From: a virus
Strand: one strand, 5' to 3'
IMG/VR virus record: IMGVR_UViG_3300025581_000001
Coordinates: 56,727-120,726 of that record
Length of the DNA stretch: 64,000 bases
Part shown: piece after piece, positions 45,478 to 54,025 of the stretch
How positions within the stretch are numbered: the first letter of the stretch is position 1
How the letters are laid out: each line of letters opens with the position of its first letter
The notes under the pieces: model-generated
Told to the model about the DNA's origin: nothing
The model's input: only the letters and a program-made list of their open reading frames with translations
Database searches by the model: none
Position numbers and translations under genes: made by a program

Positions 45478-45557
45478 AGTTCAAGTGCGGATTCTGCTAC
45501 TTGCGCTTCAAGTCGCTGCGCCTGCGGTTTAAACACGCGAAGGATTGCAAGAGGTAA
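45465..45557 (+). CDS. 30-aa C2HC zinc-finger micro-protein (not in ORF track)
   Basis: MRRLKFKCGFCYLRFKSLRLRFKHAKDCKR = F-x-C-x2-C-x12-H-x3-C; AAGGGA RBS. Confidence 0.5.
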   Translation: MRRLKFKCGFCYLRFKSLRLRFKHAKDCKR

Positions 45558-45561
45558 GAAA

Positions 45562-45963
45562 ATGACACTCGACGAAGCAGTTGAGAGACTTGAATGCAGA
45601 TCAGGTTTCGGTGCGTTCCTCGGATTGGCAAGCACCGAGGTTACGGAAATCCTTTCTGCAGCAGTCTTGGAAGTGAAGGAGCAGCGGCAGGAAATCGCTA
45701 AGCTGCGCGTCTTGCTGGAGCACGAGGAGACGGTGCGCAGCAAGAAGTTGCATCGCGAGACGCCGGTCAAGTCGCAGTCGTTCCTGCGTGGCAACACATT
45801 GCATAGAGGTGACCGGATGCGGGTGACGGCAGAGAAGGCGACAGGCACAGTTGATCATGTTGATGGCGGGCGCGTGAAGCTGGTGTTCGTGACATCCAAG
45901 GACGGCGAGTATGCGCGCTGGTACAAGCGAACCGAACTGGAACGCGTAGCCAGCGTCGCCTAG
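45562..45963 (+). CDS. Hypothetical protein with C-terminal KOW/SH3-like segment
   Basis: LHRGDRMRV....TGTV..V...RVKLVF; GAGG RBS. Confidence 0.55.
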   Translation: MTLDEAVERLECRSGFGAFLGLASTEVTEILSAAVLEVKEQRQEIAKLRVLLEHEETVRSKKLHRETPVKSQSFLRGNTLHRGDRMRVTAEKATGTVDHVDGGRVKLVFVTSKDGEYARWYKRTELERVASVA

Positions 45964-46067
45964 AGTTTATGCACAAGGCCAGGTGTTGAAGCATTGTGTT
46001 TTGCGGGCGTAATCGCATGCAAACAGAATAAAAGCCAAACAACCAATGTTGATGGCCGCTTAAACAC

Positions 46068-46113
46068 CGGGGAGGCTGGGGAAATGCGCTCCGGCCTCCC
46101 TGTTGTTAACTTT
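46068..46113 (+). terminator. GC-rich hairpin, putative intrinsic terminator
   Basis: GGGAGGCTGGGG-loop-CTCCGGCCTCCC followed by TGTTGTTAACTTT. Confidence 0.55.
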
Positions 46114-46159
46114 GATTGAGTGAAAGCCGGTAAGCGCACACAAATCCCAGGAGCAATCA

Positions 46160-46642
46160 GTGGCAGCGCTGGCCGACTTTGCCGTACCGATCATTGCGCA
46201 AGCACTAAGCTGCCCGTATTCGCCTGATCAAGCGTTAGCGCTCACCCGCTTGCAAGAGTTGAAGCTCTACCCAGAACAGAAGCACGAGGAGTTCGACGCA
46301 GTCTATACCCCGCTGCAATGGACACCCTCGATAAGTATCGAGCATCTTAAGTTCAAAATCAGTGATTCTACTCAAGACGTAAGTACGATATTTACCAGCC
46401 AGCGTTATGTCTACCGCAGTAAACTCAAGTGGTACATCCTGCACCCCGAACAAATAGAAATCCTGCAGCTGCATCAGAGTAAATACTGGTGGCGCGCAAG
46501 CATCTTCTGCGTGGATGGAGTGTGTTTCGTGGGCAATGGAAACCATAGAGTGTGTGCGGCTTTGCTGTTGGGTTGGAAGCAGATGCGGGTAAGACTATTG
46601 GAGCCAATAGCGCAGCAGATGCGAACTGGACAATGGATGTAG
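46160..46642 (+). CDS. ParB/Srx-like domain protein
   Basis: FVGNGNHRVCAALLLG..QMRVRL resembles the ParB-N DGxHR motif; TSQ upstream. Confidence 0.55.
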   Translation: MAALADFAVPIIAQALSCPYSPDQALALTRLQELKLYPEQKHEEFDAVYTPLQWTPSISIEHLKFKISDSTQDVSTIFTSQRYVYRSKLKWYILHPEQIEILQLHQSKYWWRASIFCVDGVCFVGNGNHRVCAALLLGWKQMRVRLLEPIAQQMRTGQWM

Positions 46643-46730
46643 GCTCACGACGTTGTAAGGCACACAAAGGAGCGTGGAGGCCAGAGCAACAACGTCGCGA
46701 GCCTGCTTTGAATGCAAGAAGGAGGAGAAC

Positions 46731-47144
46731 ATGACCAGAAAAAGAATCATCCTGGTGTTGGCGATAGTGCTGTCGTTTGGACTGGGTTGTGCTAAGGCAC
46801 CACCTACAATTGTTCCGTCAGCACCACCGCCCATTGGCTCGCTCAACTGTGCGGTCGTCGGGCAAGTGGCATGCACGTTTGACGTTGATACTAACGCTAC
46901 TCTTGCGGCTGCGCACGCCATTGTGCTGCGCGTGGTAACCGACAACAATGCTGGGAACTTCGTTCTGACCGCTTCGCAGAAAAGTCTGCTAAACCAGATT
47001 GTCGATGACCTCAACCTTGCTGATGCTATTTTTCAGGCATGGCACAATGCAGGCGGCTCGGGTTCGACCGTTCCAGTGCAGTCAGCGGTAGCGAAGGTGC
47101 AAGCTGACCAGAATGCATTGAATGCAGTAGTCGGAGGCAAGTAA
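46731..47144 (+). CDS. Lipoprotein (possible spanin component)
   Basis: MTRKRIILVLAIVLSFGLG-C lipobox; AAGGAGG RBS. Confidence 0.7.
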   Translation: MTRKRIILVLAIVLSFGLGCAKAPPTIVPSAPPPIGSLNCAVVGQVACTFDVDTNATLAAAHAIVLRVVTDNNAGNFVLTASQKSLLNQIVDDLNLADAIFQAWHNAGGSGSTVPVQSAVAKVQADQNALNAVVGGK

Positions 47145-47515
47145 TGGGAGCAGCGACCATTCTCGGACTTGTAGCCAGCATTGTCGTTGGCCTGAAGAAC
47201 TCGCAGGGCCAGCCGCTCGTCGGCTCCATGCTTGCCAGCATCATTCCAGCAGCACAGAGCGTCGTGACTTCGGTGGTGGCTGATATTGCAACGGCGAAGA
47301 CGGTGCCGCAGACTTCGGCGACTATCGAGCTGGAAGCGTTGCAAGCATTGGCTGCGTTACTGGTTGTGCTCAAAGGCACCACTGGATTATCAGCGAATAC
47401 GTTGGCTGAAATCGACACGTTGGACAAGGCGCTGCAGGAGGGTTTGGCAGCGTATGCAGCAGCGAAGGTCAAGACCGACCCGAGCCTGCTGACAGTAATT
47501 CCAAAGGCGGTGTGA
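47144..47515 (+). CDS. Hydrophobic Ala-rich protein
   Basis: TAATG coupling; amphipathic helices. Confidence 0.55.
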   Translation: MGAATILGLVASIVVGLKNSQGQPLVGSMLASIIPAAQSVVTSVVADIATAKTVPQTSATIELEALQALAALLVVLKGTTGLSANTLAEIDTLDKALQEGLAAYAAAKVKTDPSLLTVIPKAV

Positions 47516-47946
47516 TGAACACCTTGGCGCAGTTCCTCAAGCCTGAAGTCGTTGCCATGCTGCTGGCCATCGTTGCAGTCCTCGTGCTTGCGTTGTATGG
47601 CAAGCTGCCGACGGTGGCCAGCTTCGTGACCTTCTGCAATGCCATCAACACACGGGGTGGCAACATCGTGTTGTTGTCCTTCATGGTGTTCCTGTTAGTC
47701 ACCATGTCGATGAAGTACGTGTACTTCCTCGTTGGGCTTGAGATTACTGGCAAGCTGACCAAAGAGTCGGCGCTGGCCATGAACGGCTTCACCTTCATTA
47801 CCGGAGGCGTGACCGGCCTGATCACCGGCGCGTTCCTCAAGGCATTGTCGCCGCAGGACATGCCGACGCCAGGGAGCACCACCGCGAGTACGTCGAGTAC
47901 GGTTACTCCTATTCCTGAGCTACCGAAGGAAGAGGTCAAGCTATGA
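47512..47946 (+). CDS. Three-TM membrane protein, holin candidate
   Basis: Three hydrophobic helices and a polar C-terminal tail; next to the lipoprotein gene. Confidence 0.5.
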   Translation: MMNTLAQFLKPEVVAMLLAIVAVLVLALYGKLPTVASFVTFCNAINTRGGNIVLLSFMVFLLVTMSMKYVYFLVGLEITGKLTKESALAMNGFTFITGGVTGLITGAFLKALSPQDMPTPGSTTASTSSTVTPIPELPKEEVKL

Positions 47947-48158
47947 ACCTTGACACTTTGCTGAGCATAAGTGAATCGATGGCAGCTTCCAGTATGCGCA
48001 GCATGAAGGCGGCGTGCCACGGTGCGAACTGCGGACGCAAGGGCAAGAAGGGTGATGCCAAGCCACTGCGCTCCTACATGACCAAGCAGGAGAGCGACAC
48101 ATTGAACTCCAAGGCACTGAAAGTGAAGTCACGCCGCAAGGCGAGAAAGAAGTACTGA
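47943..48158 (+). CDS. Small basic protein with MNL...MKA leader
   Basis: K/R-rich after MKA|ACHGANCGRK. Confidence 0.55.
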   Translation: MNLDTLLSISESMAASSMRSMKAACHGANCGRKGKKGDAKPLRSYMTKQESDTLNSKALKVKSRRKARKKY

Positions 48159-48159
48159 T

Positions 48160-48426
48160 ATGAGCAAGTGTGCAGCACAAATTTTTGATGGTATCACCCC
48201 TGAGCAGTACGCCTGCCTTACTGCCAAGGCCACCGTGCAGGGTATAAGCATCACCGGCCCTAGTGGTCAGGCAACAGCGCACGGCATCACAATCAGTTGG
48301 CTGTATGACGCCACTGCACAAGAGTTGACGCTGCAATGCTTGTCGGCACCTTGGATTATAAGTGGAGGCACGATCAATCACCACATCCACGATCTGGTGG
48401 ACAGTTGTGCGAGTGCTGCGCAATGA
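48160..48426 (+). CDS. Hypothetical protein
   Basis: 88 aa beta-rich ORF in operon. Confidence 0.55.
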   Translation: MSKCAAQIFDGITPEQYACLTAKATVQGISITGPSGQATAHGITISWLYDATAQELTLQCLSAPWIISGGTINHHIHDLVDSCASAAQ

Positions 48427-48590
48427 ACCTGCTCGACTACATCAAGCAGAATGACCAAGGCTTGGGTGACACCATCAAGCGGGCCACCGAGAAGGTCGGC
48501 ATCAAGCCCTGCGGTGGCTGCAAGCAGCGGCAGGAGAAGTTGAACCAGATGTTCACATATCAAAAAGGAGAGAAATCAAATGGCAAATGA
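48423..48590 (+). CDS. Conserved phage small protein (GLGDTI...CGGCKQRQEKLN)
   Basis: Motif recalled as widespread in phage genomes. Confidence 0.65.
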   Translation: MNLLDYIKQNDQGLGDTIKRATEKVGIKPCGGCKQRQEKLNQMFTYQKGEKSNGK

Positions 48591-48738
48591 ATCATCAGGA
48601 ACCGACCGAGAGTTAAGGATTGAGGCATTGCGGCAAGCGGTTATATGTAAAGCTCCGATCCCCGATCTGAAAGCAATCGCTGATTGTGCTCAAGTGTTTT
48701 ACGAATTCCTGAGCAATCGGGCAGCAAAGGACAAGTAG
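48580..48738 (+). CDS. Small hypothetical protein (52 aa, not in ORF track)
   Basis: AAGGAG RBS; ELRIEALRQA...AQVFYEFL. Confidence 0.55.
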   Translation: MANESSGTDRELRIEALRQAVICKAPIPDLKAIADCAQVFYEFLSNRAAKDK

Positions 48739-49799
48739 TGGACGCTAACTTACAGAAGAAGGTCAAGCAGGCACAGCCCAGCAAGGCGAGTGGCAAGCAG
48801 CGCTATGCGCAGGCGACTAAGGCGCTGCATCGCCAGCCGAGCAAGCGCTTCGCCAAGAACGACCCGCGCAGCGAGGAAGAACAGATATTCTTCTCCATAG
48901 CGTGGGACGACGCGTGGCGTCAGTTCCTGGAGCGTGATCCAGACGGCACTTTCAAGTACAAGACAGCGAAGAACCTGACTCATGCGTTGGCGGTAGGCAT
49001 CGACGCTGCGACCAAGATGCAGCGTGGCAACTATTTGTATAAGGCGGTCGGTCCGGCTTCGAACGCCGACAAGACCAAGAAGATTCCCTACCTTGGCGAC
49101 TGGGACATATTGCGCTCGCAGACGTTCCTGGGCGAGATGCGTCACGACAACGCTTTGTTCGGCACTCCTCGCATGAAGGTGATGCGCGAGGCGTTGCGCG
49201 AGCACATCGACGTCACCCATACCGCCAAGGACATGGCTGAGCAGTTGCTGGGCTGGCTGGCGCGAGTGGAGACCTGGACGCGGCAGGTGGATGAGTTTTT
49301 CGAGTACAAGGCATTCGACAAGAAGCTGTCTTTGGAAAATAATGAGAAGCGCTTCAACAGGTACATGGCGGTGCAGACGACATTGCGTGTTTCTACTGAA
49401 GGTTTGGTAGAGAGAATATTGGCTTGCTACGGCGTGGGCAAGGGAGGCATGGACGTGCTGGCCCAGTTGATTGTGGCCAGCAGGCTGCAGGGCGCGGCAG
49501 GCGACCGGGCGCACGAAATGATCTTGCAGGGGCTCAGCGGGGTGGAGACGTTGGATGGCAATGCGACCGGAGGTGGAGTAAATGATCTGCCTGCAGCGGA
49601 AGATGCGCAGCACAATAAGGCGTTGCAATTGATGGTGGCGTCGTTTACCGACAAGGCGATCACCTACAAGATGCCGCACCCCGAGCTGCACATTCCCGGC
49701 GTGCCCGACGTCGACGACCAAGAGTCGCCGCGCCAGCATATCAAGAAGACGGTCGAGGGCATGCTGCCTGCTAACGGCAGTGGGAAGAAGGTGAACTGA
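48738..49799 (+). CDS. Hypothetical helical protein
   Basis: ~350 aa ORF; no motif recognised. Confidence 0.55.
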   Translation: MDANLQKKVKQAQPSKASGKQRYAQATKALHRQPSKRFAKNDPRSEEEQIFFSIAWDDAWRQFLERDPDGTFKYKTAKNLTHALAVGIDAATKMQRGNYLYKAVGPASNADKTKKIPYLGDWDILRSQTFLGEMRHDNALFGTPRMKVMREALREHIDVTHTAKDMAEQLLGWLARVETWTRQVDEFFEYKAFDKKLSLENNEKRFNRYMAVQTTLRVSTEGLVERILACYGVGKGGMDVLAQLIVASRLQGAAGDRAHEMILQGLSGVETLDGNATGGGVNDLPAAEDAQHNKALQLMVASFTDKAITYKMPHPELHIPGVPDVDDQESPRQHIKKTVEGMLPANGSGKKVN

Positions 49800-49984
49800 T
49801 GAAGTGTGAATGCGGGCAGGAAATGAAATGTTTGGGAAATGTTTCGGGCCTGGTTATGACTTCTAACCCGGTGCAGTGGACGGCTACATATGTGTGTGAT
49901 ACCTGCAAGATTAGGAAAGATATTCGTATGCATGGAGTAGCTATACCTCCTGCTCCCGACTTGTCAGGGTACAGAAACATATGA
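49799..49984 (+). CDS. Small zinc-ribbon protein
   Basis: CECG...CDTC. Confidence 0.55.
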   Translation: MKCECGQEMKCLGNVSGLVMTSNPVQWTATYVCDTCKIRKDIRMHGVAIPPAPDLSGYRNI

Positions 49985-51996
49985 GCCAAGGGCAGCGTAA
50001 CAAGCGAGGTGGGAAAATGACGAATTGGCGGTCACACAACGGGGCCAAACGCGCTGGATTTCGCGCCACGTTTAGCCACAAACGGCGAACGGCATCACGG
50101 TCGTGGTTAGCGACGTGGCTGCAAAAGCTATCGCCGTGGAGCGCGATTCTATTACTTACCATGCTGGCGACCGGGGCGCTGGCGCAAGGGCCTCCCGTGG
50201 GTTCAACCCCGCCGCCGCAAGCAATGGCTGCATTGTCGCCTGGTGGAATTTGGACGTACTTGAGACTCGACCCCAGCGGCAATCTCTACACTTCTGGTTC
50301 GCCTGCGATGGGGCCTGCGGTGGGAGCGACTCCATCACCTGTGGCATTGGTTGGATTCAATCCGACGACTGGGCGATGGGAGTACCTGACCCTCGACGCC
50401 AGTGGCAACCTAAACGTGACCGGAGGTGGTGGAGGCGGAAGTATGACTTACCCGTCCGGCACTGGCATTCCCGAAGTTACGAGTGGAGCATCTTGGGGAT
50501 CGACGTACAATGCGAGTAATCCGATCCCTACGAACTTCTTAACTCTACCTTCAGCATTGCCACCGAATGGTTCAGCGAGTGGTGATTTGAGTGGGAGCTA
50601 TCCCAGTCCAACCGTGGCTAAGATTAACGGGACTTCATTTCCTACTTCAGCGGCAGTGGTTGGTAGCGATGGCAGTGCTAAACCTGTGGCAGCTACAGTG
50701 CATGCTCTGTCTTTGATTCCACAGTGCATATCAGCTTCGGGCTCGGGCTCAGCATATACGTGCTCAACTTCCCCGACGTTTGTTCCCGCCGAAGGTGACT
50801 ACATTTGGTTCAAGGCAGATCTTGCAAGTACTGGCACTGCGACCCTGAAGGTGAACGGACAAGCAGGCACGCCCAATATCCACAAGGTTGGTGGGACGGT
50901 AAACATCGTTGCTAACGATCTGCGGGCTTTGCAGTGGACACTCATGCTATTTGACGGCAGCGCTTGGGACATGCAAGGGCAGCTTGGAAATGCTCCGCAA
51001 GCCGCACTTGGATATACGCCAGAAGACGTCGCCAACAAAGATACGACGACCACGTTGGGAACATCCGACACGAAGTATCCAAGTCAGAATGCAGCCAAGA
51101 CATATGTTGATACGTCGGTCAGTAATGCCATTGCGGGAGTTAATCCGGCGGTGGCGGTTCTTTTAGCTACCACGGCGGCTGGCGATACGAGTGGGTTGAC
51201 CTATGTGAGCGGTGTGTTCACGGGTTCAGTGAACACTCCCATTACCATTGACGGAACTGTGCTCACTGCCGTGGGCCAGCGTGTGCTGGTCAAGAATGAC
51301 ACGCAGAGTCCGTCTGGCGCGTTCAACGGCGTCTATTCCATGACTCAAGTCCAGACTGTTGCGCTTCCTCCTGTTCTAACTCGCGCTACGGACTACAACG
51401 CCCCAAGCGATATCAACAGCACTGGAGCGATCCCGGTACAAAGTGGGACGGTCAATACTACTACAAGCTGGCTGCTGACTTCTCAGGTTGTAACGGTAGG
51501 GACTAGTCCACTGACTTACGTGAAGTTCAGCCTTGCCCCAAGCACGATTCTTTATACAACGTCTGCTCCGACAGCGAACGGTGTTCTGTACGGTGCGGGA
51601 ACGCAGATCCCCAGCGTGGTGACTCCCCCCACCGTCAATGGACGCTACTCGGTAGGTTACACGGTCACAGGATCGGTAGCAGTTGCACCAACGGCTGTTC
51701 TCAGCACTATTCTAATTGCTAGCGGTGCTCAAGCGCTAGGCACTCCTACCGTCACGACGGGTACTTGTTCATCGGCTGTTACCGCAACCGCCACAGGCAC
51801 CTTGACTTCAGATGTAATCATTGCTACGCCTGCGGTTGACCCGACAGGCGTTACTGGCTACGCGCCTTCGGCCACAGGCAGTCTCTACATTCAAGCCTAC
51901 CCAACAACGGATACGGCGAACTTCAAGGTGTGCAATAACACTAGCGGTAGTCTCACACCATCGGCCATGACGATGAACTGGAGGGTGGTGAGATGA
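49981..51996 (+). CDS. Virion fibre/decoration-like protein with N-terminal signal peptide-like segment
   Basis: AILLLTMLATGALA-Q; phage fibre motifs SGDLSGSYPSPTV, GYTPEDVANK...YPSQNAAKTYVD, IDG...GQRVLVKN...NGVY...LTRATDYN. Confidence 0.7.
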   Translation: MSQGQRNKRGGKMTNWRSHNGAKRAGFRATFSHKRRTASRSWLATWLQKLSPWSAILLLTMLATGALAQGPPVGSTPPPQAMAALSPGGIWTYLRLDPSGNLYTSGSPAMGPAVGATPSPVALVGFNPTTGRWEYLTLDASGNLNVTGGGGGGSMTYPSGTGIPEVTSGASWGSTYNASNPIPTNFLTLPSALPPNGSASGDLSGSYPSPTVAKINGTSFPTSAAVVGSDGSAKPVAATVHALSLIPQCISASGSGSAYTCSTSPTFVPAEGDYIWFKADLASTGTATLKVNGQAGTPNIHKVGGTVNIVANDLRALQWTLMLFDGSAWDMQGQLGNAPQAALGYTPEDVANKDTTTTLGTSDTKYPSQNAAKTYVDTSVSNAIAGVNPAVAVLLATTAAGDTSGLTYVSGVFTGSVNTPITIDGTVLTAVGQRVLVKNDTQSPSGAFNGVYSMTQVQTVALPPVLTRATDYNAPSDINSTGAIPVQSGTVNTTTSWLLTSQVVTVGTSPLTYVKFSLAPSTILYTTSAPTANGVLYGAGTQIPSVVTPPTVNGRYSVGYTVTGSVAVAPTAVLSTILIASGAQALGTPTVTTGTCSSAVTATATGTLTSDVIIATPAVDPTGVTGYAPSATGSLYIQAYPTTDTANFKVCNNTSGSLTPSAMTMNWRVVR

Positions 51997-53459
51997 GGAA
52001 GCTTCTTGCGCTATTACTTATCCTTTCGGCTTCTTGCTGGGCGCAGCAGGTTATGCCAACTATGGGATCAAATTGGCAAGGAGCAGCAGCTATCGGCACG
52101 TTTACCGTAGTACAGACTGGACATTGCTCCCCTGGTAGCGCATCTAATACCTGCAACATCACACTTTCGCAAGCCTTGGTTGCGGGGAATCTTTATGGTT
52201 GGCTGCTTTACAGCAATAGCATAACCGTGCCGCTTCCGCTGTTGACCAGCACCAATGCCGGCGGAACTCTTGTAAAGCCTGTAAGTTGTGCAGTGGGTGC
52301 TGAGGTCGGCCCTTATCAGCCTTCCTGTGGATACATACTTCCAAGCACGAGCACAGGAACGAGCGGCACGACACTTACCACGACCATGACGCAGAACTGC
52401 GGAAGCAGTCAGTGTCAGATTTACTTTGCAGAACTATACCCCAGTGCGGCTCCTAGCAATGTCGCTCTGGATGGTGTTGGTGCTCTCTACAACGCTGCAA
52501 GCACCAGTATCGTCGGGCCATCATTTACATTTTCCGGCACTGGCGACGCAGTATTTCAAGGTGAAGCGACGAGTGGGACGGGGCCAAGTTCGGTTACTTC
52601 TCCTTATAATACGAACGCCTATTTAGCAGCGCGAGAAGGATTGTCGGTGGCCATTCCGAGCAACGGGACAACGCCGACGTGGACGATTGGCAGTTCTACT
52701 CCTGCTACTGCTATAGCAATGGCGTTTGGTTGGAATACGACCGCTTGCGTGGAAAACAGCTTTCAGGATTTCGAGGGCGGGGTTAGCGGAAACTCAGTCA
52801 CTGTGCCGCTGCTTCATGCTAGTCAGCATGGTTGGAATGGTGGTGTTTGGACGATTACCGGAGCACCAAAGTACAGTTCAACGCAAGCTCACGGCTTAAC
52901 TAATGCCACCCGCTTATGTGGGGATGGTGTGACTTATTCTAGCGGAGCGGGCACGTTGGGCCTTAGCGTAACAGGTACGGGGAGTGCCGTTGCCGATGGT
53001 CTTACCTACAGTTTCGGAATATCCATGATCCCCTCAATGACCTTGGGATTCTGGTATTACAACTCGCTTGCCGCTAACGATACCTCCCTCATTGATTGCG
53101 GGTCTATAACTGCCGGGGCCGGTGGACAAGATTACTCTTCAGCGAACTGCTATGGCGACGGAGCCACCCGATATGTAGTGATTGAAACCAACGGCGGCGG
53201 GGGTTCTCACGTCAACATGCCGAGCGTGGGCTGGTACTTCATCGAGGTTGACTACAATGCAGGAGGAACGCACGCGGTCAAGCTTTATGATTCGACCCAC
53301 AGTTTAATCGGAACATCAACCCACGCTGCAACTGGAACCTATTATCCGACCCTTTTCAACATAGGGCATAACAACGCTTCATCTATTACGAATGGAGCCG
53401 TAGTTTACTGGGACAGTGCAACCTTGTCCCTTACGGGGCAGACTCCGATTGGATGGTGA
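51993..53459 (+). CDS. Secreted beta-rich adhesin-like protein (C-terminal ConA/LamG-like domain)
   Basis: Signal peptide MRKLLALLLILSASCWA-Q; T/S/G-rich with Cys pairs; GWYFIEV...VYWD. Confidence 0.6.
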   Translation: MRKLLALLLILSASCWAQQVMPTMGSNWQGAAAIGTFTVVQTGHCSPGSASNTCNITLSQALVAGNLYGWLLYSNSITVPLPLLTSTNAGGTLVKPVSCAVGAEVGPYQPSCGYILPSTSTGTSGTTLTTTMTQNCGSSQCQIYFAELYPSAAPSNVALDGVGALYNAASTSIVGPSFTFSGTGDAVFQGEATSGTGPSSVTSPYNTNAYLAAREGLSVAIPSNGTTPTWTIGSSTPATAIAMAFGWNTTACVENSFQDFEGGVSGNSVTVPLLHASQHGWNGGVWTITGAPKYSSTQAHGLTNATRLCGDGVTYSSGAGTLGLSVTGTGSAVADGLTYSFGISMIPSMTLGFWYYNSLAANDTSLIDCGSITAGAGGQDYSSANCYGDGATRYVVIETNGGGGSHVNMPSVGWYFIEVDYNAGGTHAVKLYDSTHSLIGTSTHAATGTYYPTLFNIGHNNASSITNGAVVYWDSATLSLTGQTPIGW

Positions 53460-53465
53460 TCTGTT

Positions 53466-53684
53466 GTGAGGTTAATTTTTAGCGGCACTAAAAACATTAC
53501 CGAGGACGGGAAGAAAGTGATCGAGATGATTGCACGAGGCGGGATGAACTCGGAGATTGCCGAGGAGTTTAGTACGACGGAACAAGTTGTTAAGAACGCG
53601 GTAGGGAAACTGTGTGATCGCTTCGGAGCGGTTAATCGAGCGAATTTGGTTGCACGCGCTTATAAGTGGGGGATTCTGAAATGA
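53466..53684 (+). CDS. LuxR-type HTH regulator
   Basis: T...KVIEMIARGGMNSEIAEEF.TTEQVVKN.V..LCDRFGAVNRANLV..A...GIL. Confidence 0.85.
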   Translation: MRLIFSGTKNITEDGKKVIEMIARGGMNSEIAEEFSTTEQVVKNAVGKLCDRFGAVNRANLVARAYKWGILK

Positions 53685-54019
53685 AACACTTACTCTTGAT
53701 TCTTGCGCTTCTAGTTTCCACGGCAGCATTTGCTGCGCCTCCGGGACAGATCCACGGTCTTATGTGGTCGTGGGTCCTATCGCCTAGCCAGGGGGTCATC
53801 TTACAAGACCTTTACTGTGGCACGGCTGCTGGGGGAGAGAACTACTCGACGCCGGTGGCTACGCTGTCAGCCACGGCAACATCATATCTCTATCAAGGCG
53901 GAGTCGCAGGCACGAAGTATTATTGCACCGTTACCGCTTCCAACACATTTTGGGAATCTGTGCCGAGCAACGAGGCGGCGGCTATTTATCCTTGTTCCCA
54001 CGGGAAACCTTGTAGGTAA
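53681..54019 (+). CDS. Secreted single FN3-like domain protein
   Basis: Signal peptide; LYCGTAAGGE...GTKYYCTVTA...ESVPSNE. Confidence 0.7.
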   Translation: MKHLLLILALLVSTAAFAAPPGQIHGLMWSWVLSPSQGVILQDLYCGTAAGGENYSTPVATLSATATSYLYQGGVAGTKYYCTVTASNTFWESVPSNEAAAIYPCSHGKPCR

Positions 54020-54025
54020 TCCACA

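Larger units (their letters stand above)
44956..45974. repeat. 16-bp direct repeat pair CCTAG(C/A)GTTTATGCAC at 44956-44971 and 45959-45974
   Basis: 15/16 identity; flanks a promoter and four small genes. Confidence 0.5.

Noticed and set aside
48738-49799. Terminase small subunit
   Set aside because: No recognisable motif and no large terminase gene follows.
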